64,000 nucleotides of DNA from an uncultured Chloroflexia bacterium (GCA_963728205.1 CAVSIV010000006.1:1088001-1152000), one strand, 5' to 3'. Numbered from the stretch's first letter, positions 33,118-43,681 are shown. Numbers and translations are program-made. Notes: generated by a model from the letters alone, not told the origin.

Positions 33118-34107
33118 ATGACCCAGCACACGACCGAACCCGCGCCGCCGGCGGAGGGTCTCCGCGATGCCATCACGTCGATCCGCCGCGAGATCGCGCG
33201 TGTCGTCGTCGGCCAGCAGGCGTTCGTCGACCGCGTGCTCGTCGCGCTGCTCACCGGCAACCACGCACTGATCGAGGGTGTGCCGGGGCTCGCGAAGACG
33301 TTGACCGTCTCGACGCTCGCCGCCGCCATCGAGTGCACCTTCGCGCGCATCCAGTTCACGCCCGACCTGCTGCCGGCCGACATCACCGGCACGCTGGTCT
33401 TCAACCCCCGCGACGGCGACTTCTCCGTGCGGACGGGCCCGATCTTCGCGAACGTGGTGCTGGCCGACGAAATCAACCGCGCGCCGGCGAAGGTGCAGTC
33501 GGCACTGCTCGAGGCGATGCAGGAGCGCCAGGTCTCGATCGGCGGGGAGTCGCACTCGCTGCCGACGCCGTTCCTCGTGCTCGCCACGCAGAACCCGATC
33601 GAACAGGAAGGAACGTACCCGCTCCCGGAAGCGCAGCTCGACCGCTTCATGCTGAAGATCCTCGTCGGCTACCCGTCGCGCGAGGAGGAGCGGGCGATCC
33701 TCGCGCAGTCGCTGGACGGCGGCGCCGGCACGGTGACGCCGGTGGTGAGCGTCGAGCAGGTGGCGGCGCTGCAGGAGGCGACGCGCCGCATCGAGGTCAA
33801 CGACCGGCTACGCGAATACGTGATCCGTCTGGTCGAGGCAACGCGCGACCCGGCGCGCTACCAGCTGCCGGCACTCGCGCCGTTGATCGAGTTCGGGGCA
33901 TCGCCGCGCGCCGGCGTGTTCCTCGCGCGCGGCGCGCAGGCGTATGCGTTCGTGCAGGGGCGCACCTACGTGCTGCCCGAGGACGTGAAGGCGCTCGCAC
34001 CGGATGTGCTGCGCCACCGGCTCGTCCTGACCTACGAGGCGGAGGCGCAGGGCGTGAGCGCCGAAGCGATCGTGGCGCGCCTGCTGGAGGGCGTCGGGAT
34101 TCCCTAG
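33118..34107 (+). CDS. MoxR family AAA ATPase (copy 1)
   Basis: [46 protein letters not shown] and SPR. Confidence 0.95.
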   Translation: MTQHTTEPAPPAEGLRDAITSIRREIARVVVGQQAFVDRVLVALLTGNHALIEGVPGLAKTLTVSTLAAAIECTFARIQFTPDLLPADITGTLVFNPRDGDFSVRTGPIFANVVLADEINRAPAKVQSALLEAMQERQVSIGGESHSLPTPFLVLATQNPIEQEGTYPLPEAQLDRFMLKILVGYPSREEERAILAQSLDGGAGTVTPVVSVEQVAALQEATRRIEVNDRLREYVIRLVEATRDPARYQLPALAPLIEFGASPRAGVFLARGAQAYAFVQGRTYVLPEDVKALAPDVLRHRLVLTYEAEAQGVSAEAIVARLLEGVGIP

Positions 34108-35037
34108 ATGGCGCTGCTCCGTCGCCGTCGCGAGACGGCACCCGCGACCCCGGGGAGCACGTTCCTCACGCCGGACCTCGCCGCGCGCGTGCGGCGGCTC
34201 GAGATCCGCACGCGGCGGCTCGCCGGCACGCAACTTGCCGGCAACTACCGCAGCATCTTCCGCGGCACCGGCATCGAGTTCGCGGAGGCGCGCGAGTACA
34301 CGCCGGGCGACGACGTGCGCCGCATCGACTGGAACGTCACCGCGCGCATGGGCACACCATGGGTGAAGGAGTACGTCGAGGAGCGCGAGCTGAACCTCGT
34401 GTGCGCCGTCGACCTCTCCGCGTCGCAGCTCGTCGCGCGGCCCGCTACCGGCCGGCTGGCCGCCGCGGCGGAGCTGACGGCGCTCCTCGGCTTCGCCGCC
34501 GTGCAGAACCACGATCGCGCCGGCCTGCTCACGTTCACCGATCGCGTCGAGCGCTTCGTCCCGCCGCGGCACGGCACGCGCCACGTGATGCGCATGATGC
34601 GCGACGTCTTCCTGCACGACGAGACGCATCGCGGCACGAACATCGGCGCGGCCGCGGACTATCTCGCGCGCGTGCTGCCGCGCCGGTCCGTCGTGTTCGT
34701 CATCTCCGACTGGCTCGACACCGGGTTCGCGCAGTCGCTCCGCGCGCTGGCGCGGCGCCACGACGTGACCGCGCTGGTGCTCATCGACCCGATCGATCTC
34801 GCACTCCCCGACCTCGGGCTCGTCGCCGTCGAGTCCGCGGAGGACGGCACGCGCGCATGGCTCGACACGTCCGACCGCGAGGTGCGTGAGCGCTACGCCG
34901 CTGCCGCGCACGACCGCGCCCGCCACCGCCACGAGCTCCTCGCGATCGCGGGCGTGGACGAGGTGGAGGTGCGGCTGGACGCCGACATCGTCGACCCGCT
35001 GGCCGCGTACTTTCGACTGCGGGCGGGCCGGCGGTGA
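34108..35037 (+). CDS. DUF58 domain protein (copy 1)
   Basis: GIEFAEAREYTPGDDVRRIDWNVTAR, DLSAS and ISD. Confidence 0.92.
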   Translation: MALLRRRRETAPATPGSTFLTPDLAARVRRLEIRTRRLAGTQLAGNYRSIFRGTGIEFAEAREYTPGDDVRRIDWNVTARMGTPWVKEYVEERELNLVCAVDLSASQLVARPATGRLAAAAELTALLGFAAVQNHDRAGLLTFTDRVERFVPPRHGTRHVMRMMRDVFLHDETHRGTNIGAAADYLARVLPRRSVVFVISDWLDTGFAQSLRALARRHDVTALVLIDPIDLALPDLGLVAVESAEDGTRAWLDTSDREVRERYAAAAHDRARHRHELLAIAGVDEVEVRLDADIVDPLAAYFRLRAGRR

Positions 35038-36041
35038 GGTCGCGCCTGCGGGTCCCGGTCGCGGCGTCGTTCATCGCGGTGGTCGCCGCGCTGTCGCTCG
35101 GCATCGCGTCGGCACCGCTTGCGCGGGCGCAGCAGGTGTCGGCGCCGGTCGACGTTCGCACCCACCTCGACATCGCGACGGCGACGCTCGGACAGCACAT
35201 CACGCTGACCGTCGTCGTGCGGCACGCGCAATCGCTGCTCGTGACGATCGCGCGGCCCGCCGCGCAGTCCGACCTCGACATCGCTGCCGGGGATCCCCAG
35301 GACACCGTGCCCGATGCCACGGGCGCTCAGGCCACGACGACTGCGACGTTCGTGCTCGCGCCCTTTGCGCTCGGCGACGTGTCGATCCCGCCGATCCGCG
35401 TGTCGTGGCTGCGCAGCGACGGGACCACGGGCGCCGTCTCGGTGCAGCCGCCGGCGATCCCGGTCACACCCATCCGCACCGCCGGCGACGACGCGTTGCG
35501 TCCGTTGAAGCCCCAGGTCGCCGTCGGCGGCGCCCCGCCGGCATGGTTGCGCGCGGCCGCGGCGACTGCCGTGGGGGGCGTCGTCCTCGCGACCGTGGCT
35601 GCGGTCGCGCTGTGGCGGCGCCGGCGTCGGCTGCGCGCGGCGAGCGAGCGATCGCTGGAACCCGACGTGACACCGGAGCAGCGGGCGCGCGCGCGACTCG
35701 ACGGGCTGTTGCTGCCGTCGCGCAACACCGCCGACCACTACCAGCACTTCTACGGCACGATCTCGCTCGCCGTGCGCTCCTACCTCGAGGACCGTTTCGG
35801 CTTCAACGCGACCGCGCTCACGACGACCGAGCTCGAGCGACGCATGACCGAGCGCGGCGTCGGTCGCTGGCAGGCGCGCCTCGTCGCCGGCCTGCTCGAC
35901 CGTTGCGACGGCGCGGTCTACGCGCACGACTATCCCGACCCCGCCTCGGCCGACCACGATCTCACGCTCGCGTACGAGATCGTGGAGCTGTCGCGGCCGC
36001 ATCTCGAGCCGTCGGGACCGGAGCCGGCGGTGCGCGCATGA
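35034..36041 (+). CDS. Bat-operon-associated membrane protein (BatD-like)
   Basis: Signal peptide, beta-rich domain, TM helix and VRSYLEDRFG...ALTTTE. Confidence 0.7.
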   Translation: MRSRLRVPVAASFIAVVAALSLGIASAPLARAQQVSAPVDVRTHLDIATATLGQHITLTVVVRHAQSLLVTIARPAAQSDLDIAAGDPQDTVPDATGAQATTTATFVLAPFALGDVSIPPIRVSWLRSDGTTGAVSVQPPAIPVTPIRTAGDDALRPLKPQVAVGGAPPAWLRAAAATAVGGVVLATVAAVALWRRRRRLRAASERSLEPDVTPEQRARARLDGLLLPSRNTADHYQHFYGTISLAVRSYLEDRFGFNATALTTTELERRMTERGVGRWQARLVAGLLDRCDGAVYAHDYPDPASADHDLTLAYEIVELSRPHLEPSGPEPAVRA

Positions 36042-36982
36042 GCTTCGCGACGCCGGCCGTGCTCGCGCTGCTCCCCCTGCTCGCGATCGCCGCGCTCGCC
36101 CTCGCGGGCGCGCGCCGTCGCCGGGGCGCGGCGCTGCTCTTCGCCGATGCCGCCGCCGTCGCATACGCCGCGCGGACGACGTGGCGGCTTCGTCTGCGCT
36201 GGCTGCCGACGGCGCTGCGGTGGCTCGCGGTCGTCCTCGTCGTGCTCGCCCTCGCACGCCCGCGCCAGGGGCTCGCGACCACCACGATCCCCGAGGAAGG
36301 CATCGACGTGGTCGTGACCGTCGATGTATCCAGCTCGATGACCACGTCGATCGGCCCGAACGAAACGCGCGTCTCCGCGGCGCGACGCGTCGTGGGCGAC
36401 TTCGTCGACAGCCTGCAGGGCGACCGGGTCGGGCTCGTCGTCTTCCAGTCGCGCGCGCTGACGCTCTCACCGCTCACGCTCGATCAGGAGGCGATCAAGC
36501 AGCGCATCGCGACGCTGAAGCCGGGGCTGATCCAGGACGGGACGGCGATCGGACTCGGCGTGAGCGAGTCGCTGAGCCTGCTGCGCGACTCGCCGGCCAA
36601 GAGCCGCGTGATCGTGTTGCTGACCGACGGCGAGAACAATTCGGGCGACATCGACCCGCAGACTGCGGCGCAGCTCGCGAAGGCGCTCGGCGTGCGCATC
36701 TACACCATCGGATTCACGGGCGGCTCGTTCGGCGGCGGCGGCGTGGACGCGAAGTCGCTGCAGCGCGTGGCCGACACGACGGGCGGCGAGTTCTTCGATG
36801 CGAATACGCAGGCCGACCTCGCGTCGGCGTACGCGCAGATCGGGAACCTCGAGCGCTCGCGGGTCGGGCAGCGCACGTTCACGAGCTTCCGCGAGCTCGC
36901 CCCGCCGCTGATCGCGGCGGCGCTCGCGCTGCTCACGGTCGAGGCGGTACTGCGCGCGTCGTGGCTGCGGCGGTACCCCTGA
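36038..36982 (+). CDS. BatA-like vWA domain protein
   Basis: LALARP, DVSSSM MIDAS, GTAIG and LLTDGEN. Confidence 0.9.
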   Translation: MSFATPAVLALLPLLAIAALALAGARRRRGAALLFADAAAVAYAARTTWRLRLRWLPTALRWLAVVLVVLALARPRQGLATTTIPEEGIDVVVTVDVSSSMTTSIGPNETRVSAARRVVGDFVDSLQGDRVGLVVFQSRALTLSPLTLDQEAIKQRIATLKPGLIQDGTAIGLGVSESLSLLRDSPAKSRVIVLLTDGENNSGDIDPQTAAQLAKALGVRIYTIGFTGGSFGGGGVDAKSLQRVADTTGGEFFDANTQADLASAYAQIGNLERSRVGQRTFTSFRELAPPLIAAALALLTVEAVLRASWLRRYP

Positions 36983-38841
36983 TGGGGACGCTCGCGTCGT
37001 TCGACTTCGGCCAGCCGCTGGCACTGCTCGCGCTGCTCGCGGTCGTGCCGGCGGCATGGGCCGCACGCGTCGCGCTGCGCCGGCGGCGCGCGGCGGACGC
37101 CGCGTACGGCGGCCCGGCCGAACTGCGCCTCGGCGTCACGGAGTGGCGCGCGCGCGCCCGGCTGGCGCTGGCGCTGTTGGCGATCGTCGCGCTCGCACTC
37201 GCGCTCGCACGGCCGCGATGGGGGCACGCGCAGGTGCCGGTCGAGCGGCGCGGGATCGACGTGGTGATCGCGCTCGACGTGTCGCGCTCGATGAGCGCGG
37301 CGGACGTCGCGCCCACCCGTGCGCAGGCGGCCGCCGCCGGCCTGGACGCGATGATCGAGCACCTGCAGAGCGACCGCGTCGGCCTCGTCACCTTCGCCGG
37401 CACGGCGTTCATGCGGGCCCCGCTGACCACCGACCTCGGCGCGATCAGCCAGCTGGTGGTACGCGCGCAGTCGGACTCGCCGCTGGTGCGTCCCGGGACC
37501 GACCTCGCCGGCGCGCTCGACACCGCGCTCGCGACGCTGAACGTGAAGGACGCGGCGGGGTCGCAGGTGATCGTCCTCGTCTCAGACGGCGAGGGCGTCG
37601 CCCCCGGCGACCTCCAGGGCGCCTTGCAGCGCGCGCAGGACCGGCACGTGCGCGTCTACACGGTGGTGGACGGAACCGAGGCGGGCGGTGCGTTGACCGA
37701 CGCAGCAGCGGCGCCGGGCGAGGTGAGCCACGCCGATCCCGGCGCGCTCCAGCAGATCGCTCAGGCAACCGGTGGGACGTTCCGGCCGGTGGGCTCCGTC
37801 GCGGGTCTCGCGGTGGACTTCGCGCGCATGAGCCAGTCGCTGTTCGACCGGGAGACGCAGCGGGCGCCCGTCGAGCGGTTTCAATGGTTCCTCGGCGCAG
37901 CGCTGCTGCTCCTGGTCGCGCAGGCGGCGCTGGCCGACGTCGCCCCGCGCGGCCGACCGAGCGTCCGCACGCTGGCGCTGCCCGGGCTTGCTCTGCTCGG
38001 CGCCGTCCTGGTGGGGTGCGGCGGCACGGCGCTCTACCGCGCGGTAACGAGCGGCAACCGCGAGTATGCGGCGAGCCACTACGACGTCGCGCTCACGGAC
38101 TACCAGCAGGCGGAGTCGATTGCGCCGGACGACCCGGGCGTGCTCTATGACCTTGCGACCACGCTGCACCAGCTCCGGCGCTACGAGGAGTCGTCGGTGA
38201 CGGCGACGAAGGCGCTCGCCACCGCGCCGGACCCGGAGCTGGCGTTCCGGCTGCAGTACCTCGCCGGGGGGACGGCGTTCTCGCGCGGCGCACTCGACGA
38301 GGCGCGCACCGCGTACATCGCGGCGCTGCGCGACCACCCGGAGGACCGGGACGCGAAGGCGAACCTCGAGCTGGTCTTGCGCGCGCTCGGGCAGCAGGCG
38401 AACCAGCAGAGCGGGCAGCAGCAGGGGCAGGGGCAGGGGCAGGACGAGCCCGGCGGCGCCGGCACCGGCGCGGGCCAGGGCCAGCAGGGCCCGTCGGGCC
38501 AACCGGGGCAGCCCGACCAGGGCGCGCAGCCGGGTGCCGGCACGCCCGTGCCGGGGGGCACCGGCGGAGCCTCGCCGGGGGGCGGCAGCGGTAGCGGCCA
38601 GCCGAACGCATCGGGCACGCCGGGAGCCGCAGGCGGGGGCGACACCAGTGGGATGCCGGGCGACAGCGCGGACGGCGAAGCGGCGCGTGCACAGGCGGCG
38701 GCGGCGCTGAACCAGGCGCTGCAGGCGCTCGGTCCCAACGTCACGCCCGAGGAGGCCCGCCGGATCCTGGAGCTTGCCCAGCGCGCGAACGCGCTGGAGG
38801 GGCTGCTACCGCCGAAGGACGGGACCGTCCCCGCGCGCTGA
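36982..38841 (+). CDS. BatB-like vWA domain fused to TPR (BatC-like) region
   Basis: DVSRSM, GTD, VSDGE, ERFQWFL, TPRs ending DAKANLEL and Gln/Gly linker. Confidence 0.85.
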   Translation: MGTLASFDFGQPLALLALLAVVPAAWAARVALRRRRAADAAYGGPAELRLGVTEWRARARLALALLAIVALALALARPRWGHAQVPVERRGIDVVIALDVSRSMSAADVAPTRAQAAAAGLDAMIEHLQSDRVGLVTFAGTAFMRAPLTTDLGAISQLVVRAQSDSPLVRPGTDLAGALDTALATLNVKDAAGSQVIVLVSDGEGVAPGDLQGALQRAQDRHVRVYTVVDGTEAGGALTDAAAAPGEVSHADPGALQQIAQATGGTFRPVGSVAGLAVDFARMSQSLFDRETQRAPVERFQWFLGAALLLLVAQAALADVAPRGRPSVRTLALPGLALLGAVLVGCGGTALYRAVTSGNREYAASHYDVALTDYQQAESIAPDDPGVLYDLATTLHQLRRYEESSVTATKALATAPDPELAFRLQYLAGGTAFSRGALDEARTAYIAALRDHPEDRDAKANLELVLRALGQQANQQSGQQQGQGQGQDEPGGAGTGAGQGQQGPSGQPGQPDQGAQPGAGTPVPGGTGGASPGGGSGSGQPNASGTPGAAGGGDTSGMPGDSADGEAARAQAAAALNQALQALGPNVTPEEARRILELAQRANALEGLLPPKDGTVPAR

Positions 38842-41226
38842 CCCGGCGCCGTCGTCTTCGCCACGTCGCCGACGGAGTGGAACGAGCCGGCGCGCGACGA
38901 GCCGCCACAGCCGGCGCTGCACGCGCGCCGCATCGCCGTCCAGCTCGCGCGCCTGCTCGTCGTTCTCCGCGCTCGCCCGGTCGCCGCCATAGCGCGAGGC
39001 CGTGTAGGACCGCGCGAGCCGGTCGAGCGCGGCCGGCTCGTCGACCCTGGTACGAAGCGAGCGTGCGGCCTCGATCGGCGTCGCGGTGCTGCGTGGCGTC
39101 GCTCCTGCCCAGGCGCCGAGGCGCTGCACCTTCGCCCAGCGCCGCACCGGCGGCGCGAGGCCGCGGAACTGCCACTCCCACGCGGTGCGCCCGGTCAAGC
39201 CGAGCACGACCACGACCGCCGCCACGCCGAACATCACCTCGAGCATCGCGACGACAATCGACCCGAGCGCGCCTCCGCGGGTGCTCGCCGCGGGCGCCTG
39301 GTGGCCAATCGTGCCGCCGTTGTCGATCGCCGCGAACTGGTCGAGCAGCGACTGCTCGAAGGCGTCCGGGAACGCGAGCGGCGAACCGCCGTTCTGAGCA
39401 CTCTGAGCGCCGGCGTCGCTCGCGGGAAGCGTCGCCGCCGGGCGCGTCGGCGTGGGGTTGAAGTCCACCCAGCCGAGCCCGGCGAAGTAGACCTGCGGCC
39501 ATGCCCACGCGCGGAGTTCGCTGACCTGGTACGTCTTCGTCGCCGAGTTGAGGTCGGCCGGGTCGAGCGCGAATCCGGTCGCGACGCGCGTCGGGATCCC
39601 GAGCGTGCGCAGCAGCACCGCCATCGCGGACGCGTGGTAGTCGAAGTAGCCCTGCTTCGAGTCGAAGAGGAAGTAGTCGACGGCGTCGTGCAGCGGCGGC
39701 GGGTCCTGCATGTTCAGATCGAACGGGTAGTGGTCGCGCAGGTACTGCTCGACGCGACGGGCGGACTCGTAGGGGTTCTGCGTGTTCCCGACGATCTGAC
39801 GCGCGAGCTGGCGCACCTCCGGCGGGAGCGCGGACGGGAGCTGCGTGTAGCGCGTCGCGATCGCGGCGGGGTAGTCACGGCCGGACTGCTCCAGGGTCTG
39901 CGCCGACGCGACGGAGATCGTGCCGACGGTCGTGTACTCGTCGCCCGGCTCGACGCGATTCGTGGGTGCGAGTCCGACCACGTCGTCGCCCCCGGCGCCG
40001 GTGATCGCCTGCGCGTCGACGCTGGTCGCGAGCGGCTCACCGGGTGAGAGCAGGCGCGTCATCGGGATTTCGTTCCCGACGATCTTCACGGTCACGGACA
40101 CGGGCTCGCGGAGCTGAGCGCGGGTGAGCGGTGTGCCGAACGATGCGGCCTGGACGCTGGTACCGGTCATCGGCTGCTTCGACTCGGAGGAGATCTTCCA
40201 GCCGCCGCCGGTGTACTCGTCGTACACCGCGCCGCGCAGGTTGACCGGCGCGGGGGCGGTGACGTCCATCAGCACGTTCGACGACAGCGCCATCTTGCCG
40301 CGCAGGGGGAAGACGTCGGAGAAGGCGTGCGCGGGCAGCGGCTTCTTCGAGTTGATGCCGACGAACAGCCGGCCGACGCGATCGAGTCGCTGGGTCACGG
40401 GCTGCATGACGGCGACCCAGCGATCGGCGATCGGCCCCCAGTGGTTCGCGGTCGGGATCAGCCACGCGGAGAGCACGAGCACGAGCCCGACCCATGCGCC
40501 CGCGAACAGCACCTCCATCGACATGAAGTCGGGCAGCGCGACGTGCTCGCCCTGCCACCGCCGGATCGCCTGCAGGAAGTGCATCCGCGCGAGCAGGAGC
40601 ACGGCGGCGAACAGGAAGACGACAAACGCGAACGACGGCTGCCCCGGGAGGTACGAGATGTTCGTGAGCAGTACGAAGCCGCCCGGGACGAGCGCGGCCC
40701 ACGCGTTGTGCCACCGGACGACGGCCCACGCCGAAACGTATGAGATCGCCCACATCAGCAGGACGAGCAGGAGCACGAACGGAAGCGGGTCGCTGGAGAC
40801 GCCGCCGGTGAGCGCCGCCTGACCCCAGTCGTGCAGCCGGAGCCAGAACTCGGACCAGCGCGCGGCAAACCCCGCGTCGAGGGGGTCGGCGATCTGCATC
40901 GTCTGCAGTACCTCGCCCAGGATCACGATCGCGCCGAGGCTGACGCCGACCACGTGGAGCGGCAGCGCGCGACCCCGGGTGCTGGCCAGCACCCAGCCGA
41001 TGCCCACGCCGATGAAGGCGGCGAGCGTCAGCGACGGCATCTCGTTCACCCACTTCGTGGACTCGAGTGAGCCGACGACGGGAAGCTGGACGAGGAGGAG
41101 GAGGAGGAGGGTCAGCCACGCCTCCCACGACCGCAGGAACGCGAAGCGCCCGGGCTCGGCGGGCTCGGCCTGCGAGGGCGAGACGCCGCCGGGCCGGTAG
41201 AGCACGTCCCAGGACATCTCGGCCAT
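38806..41226 (-). CDS. multi-TM transglutaminase-like domain protein
   Basis: N-terminal TMs, VDYFLFDSKQGY, LLRTLGIPTRVATGF and AWPQVYFAGLGWVDFNPTP. Confidence 0.88.
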   Translation of the reverse strand: MAEMSWDVLYRPGGVSPSQAEPAEPGRFAFLRSWEAWLTLLLLLLVQLPVVGSLESTKWVNEMPSLTLAAFIGVGIGWVLASTRGRALPLHVVGVSLGAIVILGEVLQTMQIADPLDAGFAARWSEFWLRLHDWGQAALTGGVSSDPLPFVLLLVLLMWAISYVSAWAVVRWHNAWAALVPGGFVLLTNISYLPGQPSFAFVVFLFAAVLLLARMHFLQAIRRWQGEHVALPDFMSMEVLFAGAWVGLVLVLSAWLIPTANHWGPIADRWVAVMQPVTQRLDRVGRLFVGINSKKPLPAHAFSDVFPLRGKMALSSNVLMDVTAPAPVNLRGAVYDEYTGGGWKISSESKQPMTGTSVQAASFGTPLTRAQLREPVSVTVKIVGNEIPMTRLLSPGEPLATSVDAQAITGAGGDDVVGLAPTNRVEPGDEYTTVGTISVASAQTLEQSGRDYPAAIATRYTQLPSALPPEVRQLARQIVGNTQNPYESARRVEQYLRDHYPFDLNMQDPPPLHDAVDYFLFDSKQGYFDYHASAMAVLLRTLGIPTRVATGFALDPADLNSATKTYQVSELRAWAWPQVYFAGLGWVDFNPTPTRPAATLPASDAGAQSAQNGGSPLAFPDAFEQSLLDQFAAIDNGGTIGHQAPAASTRGGALGSIVVAMLEVMFGVAAVVVVLGLTGRTAWEWQFRGLAPPVRRWAKVQRLGAWAGATPRSTATPIEAARSLRTRVDEPAALDRLARSYTASRYGGDRASAENDEQARELDGDAARVQRRLWRLVARRLVPLRRRRGEDDGAGSARGDGPVLRR

Positions 41227-42497
41227 CAGCGCATCCCCTGTGAGCGGAGGACCGGCGCCGGCACGCCCTCGATGCCGGAGCTGAGGACGCGACCGAGGTC
41301 GTCTTCGTGCTTCACGGTGTACGTGTAGATGCCGCCGGCGGCGAGCGTGCTGTACGCGTTGAGCGTGCTGCGGCCCGGCCCGAACGTGTCGGCCTCGAGC
41401 AGCACGGCCGCAACCTTCACGCCGCGCGCGGCGAGCGACATCATCGTGAGTGCCCAGTCCTCGCTCGACGACGGCGTGACCACGACCACGGTCGTGTGGC
41501 GGCCGAAGCGCCGCGACTCTTCGAGCAGGAGGTTCGTCAGCGGCACGTCGCCCACGGCGCGCGCGAGCGCGAGCGACTCGAGGATGCGCGTGTAGTGGTT
41601 CTGCCCGCGGTCGGGCGAGTCGATGCGCAGGTCCTCGCCGAACGAGATCAGGCCCACCGAGCGATGAGCGTTGATGAAGTAGCGCGCGATCGACGCACAG
41701 ATGCGGACCGCGGCCTCCTCGGTGCCGTCCTCGCCCTCGCCGACGTGTTCCGACTCCTGCAGGTCCAGCACGATCCAGATGTCGGACGCGGGGTCGAGCT
41801 CGAACTGCTTCACCATCGGCTCGCCCGTGCGGGCGGTGGCCGGCCAGTGCACGCGGTTGAAGGAGTCGCCGGGCTCGTACGGACGCACGCCAGCGACATT
41901 CGGCGTCACGTTGTGCGTGCGTCGACGGAAGCGGCCCTCGCCGGGAAGGTTCGCGGGCGGGATGTAGAAGTTGGGCAGCTCGGGAGCGTTCGGATAGACC
42001 AGGACGGTGGTGACATCGCCGAACGTGCGCTCGAAGCGGAAGAACCCGAACGGATCGGTCGCGATGACGGAGAGTGGGCCGAGCTCGTAGAGCCCGCGCA
42101 CGCGCGTCGGCGTGCGGTACGACCACGCCGAGACGCCGCGCGAGCCGAGCGTGATCACGCGCCGCGAGGCGTGGCCGGGCACTGACGATGGGTCCTCGAC
42201 CTCGAGCCAGATCTTCGGGAGCAGCGAGCGCGAGCGGATGACGATGCTGCCCTCGAGGTGCTGGCCCTGCGTGACGCGGTGCGAGCGCCGCGAGACCTCG
42301 ACCTCGAGGCCGTTCGCCATCGAGCGAGTCCAGAGGAACACGACCGGGACCGCGATCGCCGCGGCGTAGGCGACGCGAAAGAGCAGCCAGAAGCCGGTGG
42401 CGAAGCCCACGACGACGCAGAGCACGGCGGTGACCGCCACCAGCAGCACGGTCTGGTGACGGCGCGACCAGGAGAGGGCGCGAAGCGTGCGCTCCAC
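41226..42497 (-). CDS. DUF58 domain protein with N-terminal TMs (copy 2)
   Basis: DPFGFF, VLVYP and VRPYEPGDSFNRVHWPATAR. Confidence 0.9.
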   Translation of the reverse strand: MERTLRALSWSRRHQTVLLVAVTAVLCVVVGFATGFWLLFRVAYAAAIAVPVVFLWTRSMANGLEVEVSRRSHRVTQGQHLEGSIVIRSRSLLPKIWLEVEDPSSVPGHASRRVITLGSRGVSAWSYRTPTRVRGLYELGPLSVIATDPFGFFRFERTFGDVTTVLVYPNAPELPNFYIPPANLPGEGRFRRRTHNVTPNVAGVRPYEPGDSFNRVHWPATARTGEPMVKQFELDPASDIWIVLDLQESEHVGEGEDGTEEAAVRICASIARYFINAHRSVGLISFGEDLRIDSPDRGQNHYTRILESLALARAVGDVPLTNLLLEESRRFGRHTTVVVVTPSSSEDWALTMMSLAARGVKVAAVLLEADTFGPGRSTLNAYSTLAAGGIYTYTVKHEDDLGRVLSSGIEGVPAPVLRSQGMR

Positions 42498-42504
42498 CAG
42501 CCGC

Positions 42505-43464
42505 CTACGAAGCTCCGCCGCGAGCGCGCACGCCGGGGACCGGCACGCGCTCGATGCACTCGTCGACGATCTGTGCGCTGTCGACCTCACGGACGCGGGC
42601 GCCGGGGGCCACGATCACGCGGTGGCCGAGCGTGGCGTAGGCGAGCAGCTTCACGTCGTCCGGCTGGACGAAGTCGCGACCGTCGAGCATGGCGTAGGCC
42701 TGCGTCGCGCGCATCAGCGCCAACGACCCGCGCGGCGAGGCACCGAGGTACGCGCTCTCGTGCGCGCGCGTCGCGTTCACCAGGCTCACGATGTACTGCT
42801 TGATCAGCGGGTCGACGTAGATCTCGCGCACGGCAGCCTGCAGCTGCAGCACCTCCGTCGGGTTCGTCACCTCGGTCAGCGCGTCGATCGGGTGCTCGGT
42901 TTGCTGCGCGTCCATCACCAGCACCTCGTCGGTCGGGGACGGGTAGCCGAGGTGGATGCGCATGAAGAAGCGGTCGAGCTGGGCTTCCGGCAGCGGGAAC
43001 GTCCCCTCGTACTCGATCGGGTTCTGGGTGGCCATCACGATGAACGGACGCGGGAGCGGGTGCGTCACGCCGTCGACCGTGATCTGGTGCTCCTCCATCG
43101 CCTCGAGCAGCGCCGACTGGGTCTTCGGCGTGGCGCGGTTCACCTCGTCGGCGAGGACGACCTGCGCCGTGATCGGACCGGGGCGGAACTCGAAGCTCCC
43201 GGTGCCCTGGCGGTAGATCGACACACCGGTGATGTCCGACGGCAACAGGTCCGGCGTGAACTGGATGCGAGAGAACTGCCCGCCGGTGGAGCGGGCCAGC
43301 GCCCGGGCGAGCATGGTCTTGCCGACGCCGGGGACGTCCTCGATCAGGAGGTGCCCCCCGCAGAGGAGCGTCACGAGCGCGAGCCGCGCCTCGTGCGTCT
43401 TGCCGATGATCACGCGTTCGACGTTGTCGAGGATCTGCTCTGCAAGCTGCTTGGCGTTGTCCAC
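42505..43464 (-). CDS. MoxR family AAA ATPase (copy 2)
   Basis: [21 protein letters not shown] and [22 protein letters not shown]. Confidence 0.95.
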   Translation of the reverse strand: MDNAKQLAEQILDNVERVIIGKTHEARLALVTLLCGGHLLIEDVPGVGKTMLARALARSTGGQFSRIQFTPDLLPSDITGVSIYRQGTGSFEFRPGPITAQVVLADEVNRATPKTQSALLEAMEEHQITVDGVTHPLPRPFIVMATQNPIEYEGTFPLPEAQLDRFFMRIHLGYPSPTDEVLVMDAQQTEHPIDALTEVTNPTEVLQLQAAVREIYVDPLIKQYIVSLVNATRAHESAYLGASPRGSLALMRATQAYAMLDGRDFVQPDDVKLLAYATLGHRVIVAPGARVREVDSAQIVDECIERVPVPGVRARGGAS

Positions 43465-43681
43465 GTAGCCCCCTGCTCAGACTACCGAAAGAAGTGCGAA
43501 CGTCGCGGAGCAGCCGCGACGCCCTGGTGGGATGACGCCGTGAGAGGCGGGAGTCCGCCCCGGGACCTGCCGCTTGGCCCGCGGGACTCGCAGGTCAGTA
43601 TAACAAGGTGTCCGGGCGCATCATCGTGATGGGCAGCGGTCGCGGGGTTCCTTCCGCCGGGGCCTCACGTACCATCGAGGC

